A stretch of 64,000 bases of DNA from Podarcis liolepis. Taxonomy: Eukaryota. Location: assembly GCA_965112155.1 (NCBI GenBank), contig OZ218111.1; one strand, 5' to 3'. A model generated the notes under the pieces. That model saw nothing but the letters and a program-made list of their open reading frames with translations. It was not told where the DNA came from and did no database searches. The position numbers and the translations under genes were made by a program. Shown here in pieces: positions 58,490 through 64,000 of this stretch. Position 1 is the stretch's first letter. Every line of letters starts with the position of its first letter.

Positions 58490-58850
58490 GTCCAATGGAA
58501 CTGGATGGTGGGAGATTCAGGAGAGACAAAGAAAAGCACTTCACACCGTGGATAGTTTAATAACGGTATTTGCTACCACAACATGTAATGATGACCACCA
58601 ATGTGGATAGCTTTAAAATAAAATTATTAGATAAATTAAAGAAGGAAAAAGCTACCAATGGCTACTAGCCACAATAGTTGTGTTCTACCTGTACTCTCTT
58701 ATATGCCTCTGAATGCCAGTTCATAGGAATCACGAGTGCGGAGAGTGCTGTTATTGCACTCTGGCCCTGCTTGTAGTCTTCCTCTAGGGACATCTGGTTG
58801 GTCACTGTGAGAACAAGATTCTAGACTAGATGGACTTTCAGTCCACATCC
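58490..58850 (+). mobile_element. CR1 LINE 3' fragment
   Basis: agattcaggagagacaaag...ttcacac...gctttaaaata...ttagataaatt and 3'UTR catctggttggtcactgtgagaac. Confidence 0.65.
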
Positions 58851-59999
58851 ACAAGAGGTCCGCCATCTGTACTTTTCTGCTTTTCCTTTTGACCTCACTG
58901 TTTACAATTCTACCCACATGCTTGCCCTTCCAGGATAACTCAGGACAACACTGATGACATGACCTGTAGGCCCACAAAGGCTTACATTGGTTAATTTTTA
59001 GGGTGGCACAAGACACTTTGCTTTTCCTTAACGTTGTGTTTGGAAGTCTGTGGCAGCTTATCTCCATGCCTGCCCCCCGCCATAACTGGTGTATAGAAAT
59101 ACCTGTCCCTAACATTTAGACTGATGCAGGTTGTTCAGTTTCAGGGTTAAATGCTGACTGTTTCTTTTGGGGGGCCCTGGACAAAAATGTGAGCAGCAAT
59201 ACAAAAAGCCAGGCTTATATCATACCTGGGACTGGGCAGCAGTGTTTGTGTCCCCTTCCCAGAAAATGGAGGCTTGTCTGCTCTTTCAGTCTTGTTTCCA
59301 GTAAATGGGGTGCTGTTTATTTTAGCTTTAGTTTGTAAGCATCTAAAAGTGACTGTCCATTGGATGAATGGCATACAGTTGGCTTCTGAATTTGGGCTGC
59401 GAGGAGGAGGGTCAATGAACTAGCTTGACCTATCCTCCAATCTCAGGGGACATTGGGGGTTTCTCACAGTTGCTTTCTCCATGTCAGATAAAATATAGGA
59501 AGTGGGAAGAATTTTGTTGCAAAAATGTGGAAACAGTGATTCACCTCTTCCCTCTGGGCCATTCCTGTGATCAATTCCACAGTCACTCAATCCGCATTTT
59601 CTTTAAATAAAACCTGCCAAGAGACTGAATAATAATAATAATAATAATAATATGAACAAATAATTCTGAGCTACCTTGCAGGGTTGTTGTTCAATATCTG
59701 CAATCTGCCTCCATCTCTATTGTACAGCATACATTGCAGTAGTCTACATGGTACTTTTCAGTGTTTGAAAATCTTGTGAAAGCCACATTTTTCCTATGAG
59801 AACTCCAAAGGAGTAGAGCCCTTTGCTTTTGTTGCTCTCGTTCAGTTTTCTGTCCTCCGCCCACCACACTTATTTATAACTGCTAGGTTTCTTATAGTGC
59901 TTTCTCTGAACAGCTATTGGGGTGGGAGCAAGAAGGTCAAAATGAACCTGGAAGCTCCACCCGCAGATGTTTGGCTCGCCAATCTACATTCCACTCTCT

Positions 60000-60106
60000 A
60001 TGGTGGAGCCTTGCACCGGCGCTCTAGGATCTTGCGCTTTCTCCTTTTTCCGCTGCTTCCGGAAGCGCGCCTTACCACGTGACGAGCGCGGAAGGCAGAC
60101 GGAGCG
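60000..60106 (+). promoter_or_regulatory. HYPK CpG promoter
   Basis: Palindrome GCTTCCGGAAGC (60055-60066), CCACGTGAC E-box (about 60075) and a further CGGAAG. Confidence 0.65.
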
Positions 60107-63100
60107 ATGGCGGCTGAAGGGGATGTCGAGCTGGAGTTAGAAGCGGAGCCCAATGGCTCGGCAGGCAGCGGAGAGCGACCAGCCGAGAAGCCGCGGAAGC
60201 ACGACAGCGGAGCGGCCGACCTCGAGCGCGTCACGGACTACGCGGAGGAGAAAGAGATCCAGAGCTCCAACTTGGAAACGGTGATGAGCGCATGCGTTTG
60301 GCCGGGTTGGGGGGCTCTGGTTGTCATGGTGACCGCGGGAGGGGCGGAGCCGGTTGGACTGCACCGCTGCCGAAGCGCCCGTTGGAGCCCCAGCGCCGTA
60401 CGTGGGAACGGGGAACCCTGCATGTGTGGAGGCTGCCCGAGGCCCCTGCAGGCATGGCTGGACCGCCCGTGTGAAGCATCGCCTGCCCTGCCACCTTGTT
60501 GCTATTTCTCTCTTACTGCCGGTTTGGGGACTTTTGCTTGCGGTGTCCTTTGTCTTTGGGGCTGGAACTATTTGGCCTTCCCGGGGTTCTCTGGGTGGGA
60601 GCCCATTGTTTCGCCTCCTCAGACAGCAAAACGCCTCATGCCAGTCTTGTGCGGGCCTTTCCTTCCATCGCATCTGTAAGAGGGCATGGCAGTTTTCTGG
60701 CAGGTTCAGATCCACCCGATGTCGTATGGCATCAGGTGATTGACAGGTAGGCAGCCCCTGGGGGTGGTGGCCATTTTTTTATTTGGCCCACCAGAGAAAA
60801 TTGTTTTTCCCTACTTCTGTTCTTAAGGGTTGCTTTCACTTCTGTGAGCCTGCCCAAGGTTTAAGACAAGAGACTCCCCGCCGCAATTGTTCAGTTGGAT
60901 GTCCTTGCCAGCAGGTTTACAGTCTAAGAGGCACATTGCAAATAGGAATACAATTAAGCAAGAAGACAAGTAGGCACCGATTCTACATAGTAGTACTCAT
61001 AATGATCAGCTGGGATGGAGAGAAAGAGGTACCGGTAAATGGCACTGGTCTCTTACCAGAGAGGATGGAACAGCCTTACTTCCTGCATCTGCCATGTAGC
61101 AGCTGCCATTCCATCAGGCTGTTGCAAAGAGAAACAAGGAGAAACTCTTGTGCTTCCTGATGGTGGCGCTACACCTGTGAAATTCTCTACCTAGGGAGAT
61201 CCACACCCTTTCCCTTAACATTCTCAAGGATGGTCATTTTAATCTAGGACTTTTTGATTTGATCCCTGCTGTTTTGAAGTTTCTTTTGCTTGTTTCAGTG
61301 CTGCTGTTGTTTATACTTCTCACACTATTTTTAATTGGTATTTTGTTGTACTACTTGTTGTAAGCTGGTTTGAAAAATATTTTAATATAAATGATTAAAA
61401 GTAGCCCTCCTGTGCTTTGTGAATCAGTACTTGTGACTGCCCTATCACAGTACTTGTGATGTGTAAAAGGAATTGATGCATCAGCAAATTATTATCTGAA
61501 CCATCTGGTTCAACCCCTTTCCTAACATTCCTTGCAGTCAACATTAAAAAAATACAATTCAGATTTGCATTGTAGATTACCCACATTGTCTAGGTGTGGA
61601 AATTTCTCCCACAGAGAACTTTTGCATAATTATGAGACTTGTGTTTTTTCAGGTGCACATTGAGCTTAGAAACTCCCTGCACCAATTTCTCTTTACATAC
61701 CTCAACAGCAGCAGTTCAGTGACAGGAAGCCTAATTTTCAGGGTAGTTCACAGCCAGACTTCTACCCGAAAGTGTATCATTGTGAATTGACATGCACTGA
61801 ATCTCATCATCCATTCTGTTGGCCACCCACCCAATTAGAAGAGAATAGATTGGAGTTTTCATAGACTGCTTGATTTTGACTACCTAGAATTATTTGGGCT
61901 CCATCATCTAGGGCTGGGAGAGATCAGCTTTTCAATATCGCAATGTATCACCAACCAAACACTGATATACTGCCAGGTGAAGGCGCCATTGCACTCTAGC
62001 CCTCAAACCAGTCCCGGGCATTGTATTGATACATCATCCAGGCCTACCATCACCCCAGTTAAGTGTACTAAATTAAGTAAACTGTACTTCATTGCCATTT
62101 GACTACATTTTTTGAATTTCACTGCCATCTGGTTGTTTTTTCTCTATACTTGTGTTACATAAAAGCTCATAAAAGGTAAAGGGACCCCTGACCTTTAGGT
62201 CCAGTCGCGGCTGACTCTGGGGTTGCGGCGCTCATCTCGCTTTATTGGCCGAGGGAGCCAGCGTACAGCTTCCGGGTCATGTGGCCAGCATGACTAAGCC
62301 GCTTCTGGCGAACCAGAGCAGCACACGGGAATGCCGTTTACCTTCCCGCCGGAGCGGTACCTATTTATCTACTTGCACTTTGAGGTGCTTTCGAACTGCT
62401 AGGTTGGCAGAAGCTGGGACCGAACAACGGGAGCTCACCCCGTCACGGGGATTCGAACTGCCAACCTTCTGATTGGCAAGTGGTTTAACCCAGAGCGCCA
62501 CTGTGAGATAATTTGGTTGCTCTTTAAGGTACAAGATTTTGGTCTGGCTATTAATATTAAAGTCTGAGGGTGTGTGTTTAATTTGCTTTCTCTTGTTTAG
62601 GCAATGTCAGTGATTGGAGATCGAAGATCCAGAGAGCAAAAAGCAAAGCAGGAGCGGTGAGTGCCCTGTTTTCATCTCCTGCTAAGGGAGAGAAGCCTTG
62701 TTTGCTTCAACCAGAGCTGTAGAGGTGACACACAATGTGTAAACATAATTCAGTGCCAGATGTGCATGCATACTATTATTGCTAATGTATTATCAACCCT
62801 TCACCTGAAGTTCCTAGGGTGGGTTACAGCATTAAAACATTAAAAACCATGACCAAGCTTGGAGGTAGCAGTGTTTTTATGAACATCACACCACAGTGGA
62901 ATGGTGTCTACATGCTAAACTGCTGTTTAAGGACACATTTCCGTATTCTAAAATTGTTTAGGAGTTAGGCTTGTTTTGCTGCACTTGACATTAATGGGGG
63001 GAGCTGTTTCACACCAGTGAAGCGGTGCTTGGTTGCAGAAAGCCAGAGCTGTGTTTTTATTATGTGTAGTTCCCATTCTGCCCTACCAGAGCACTTGGAG

Positions 63101-63473
63101 TGGGGATGGGGTGGCAGTAAGGTCTGCATTCCATTACTAGAAAGTGGAGCAGGATAAGAGAGTCCTAATTCCTCTTTCCTTCCTTCCGTTTCAGGGAAAA
63201 AGAACTGGCCAAAGTCACAATCAAGAAAGAAGATTTGGAGTTGATTGTGAGTCTAGCACAGTGTTGATTGGACAGCTTGGGTGGTGGCTCAGCATTGACA
63301 GGGACTGCTTTCTGATGTCACTACAGGCCATTTTAGTTGTCACCTCTTGGTGAAAAATCTTCTTCTTTTCCTTACAGATGAACGAGATGGAAATATCCAG
63401 GGCAGCAGCAGAACGCAGCTTGCGAGAACACATGGGGAACGTGGTGGAAGCACTGATTACCCTCACCAACTGA
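60107..63473 (+). CDS. HYPK: Huntingtin-interacting protein K, 125 aa
   Basis: Exons 60107-60280, 62601-62656, 63195-63246 and 63378-63473. Motifs KPRKHDSGAADLERVTDYAEEKEI and EKELAKVTIKKEDLELIMNEMEISRAAAERSLREHMGNVVEALITLTN. Confidence 0.98.
62171..62501 (-). mobile_element. Sauria SINE in HYPK intron 1
   Basis: Highly similar to the copy at 50314-50670. Confidence 0.9.
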
Positions 63474-63576
63474 GGGCCGCCTGCTAGATGGACTTTTGGG
63501 GAGCAAGGGAAGGAGATAGCCTCTCTTTGGCCTGTTCTGCACAGGTTCTTTGCATATGATATTTTAAAGCTGCTGG

Positions 63577-63582
63577 AATAAA
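63577..63582 (+). terminator. HYPK polyadenylation signal
   Basis: AATAAA about 104 nt after the stop, followed by a U/GU-rich tract. Confidence 0.75.
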
Positions 63583-64000
63583 TATACCAATTTTTTTTTG
63601 AAGTTGCTGTTAATGTGGTTTATAAGATGTTTATTATCATCATCATTTGTTAAATTTGTATACTGCCCTTCATCCAAAGATCCCAGGGTGGTTCTCAGCT
63701 GACTGAAGGACTAGTTGTGGTAAACAAAAGGGATCCTTTTGTTCCATTAAAACAACAACTTGCAAAATTCAATCTAAAATTCAGGCTTTTAAAGCTCTTG
63801 GGTGTTCTTTTCCAGACAAGGAGAAACAGTGGAGTGACGCGCAGGAGACAGGAAGAGAAATCAACAAGTGGGCAGCTCCCCCCCCCCTTTCCAGTTTGGG
63901 TAGGCAGAGTTGCATTGTAAACTATACTGTGGGCCCTTAATTCCCCATAGCCATTATTTTTGAGGCAACCAGTACTGGAATTTTCCTAAGCTACTATCGG

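Overview
Vertebrate genomic DNA from a squamate, probably a lacertid lizard (inferred from Sauria-SINE, CR1, L2 and MITE content). It corresponds to the mammalian STRC-PDIA3-ELL3-SERF2-SERINC4-HYPK block. Eight spliced genes were reconstructed by hand with GT-AG junctions and consistent codon phases: STRC (minus, exons 1-4 only), an SLC39A1/ZIP1-like zinc transporter, PDIA3, ELL3 (minus), an FKBP8-like FKBP-TPR immunophilin, SERF2, SERINC4 (minus) and HYPK. Three differences from the mammalian block stand out. No CATSPER2 is seen between STRC and PDIA3, where the ZIP gene sits. An extra FKBP8 paralog, apparently without a tail anchor, lies head-to-head with ELL3. A decaying, unidentified reading frame (about 320 codons, only 3 stops) lies head-to-head with SERF2. 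Repeats include a young L1-clade fragment split by a solo LTR, nested CR1/SINE insertions, and hAT and Tigger MITEs, one family with 9-bp target duplications. No CRISPR array, rRNA or true tRNA gene was found. Gene identities rest on recalled protein families, not database searches.
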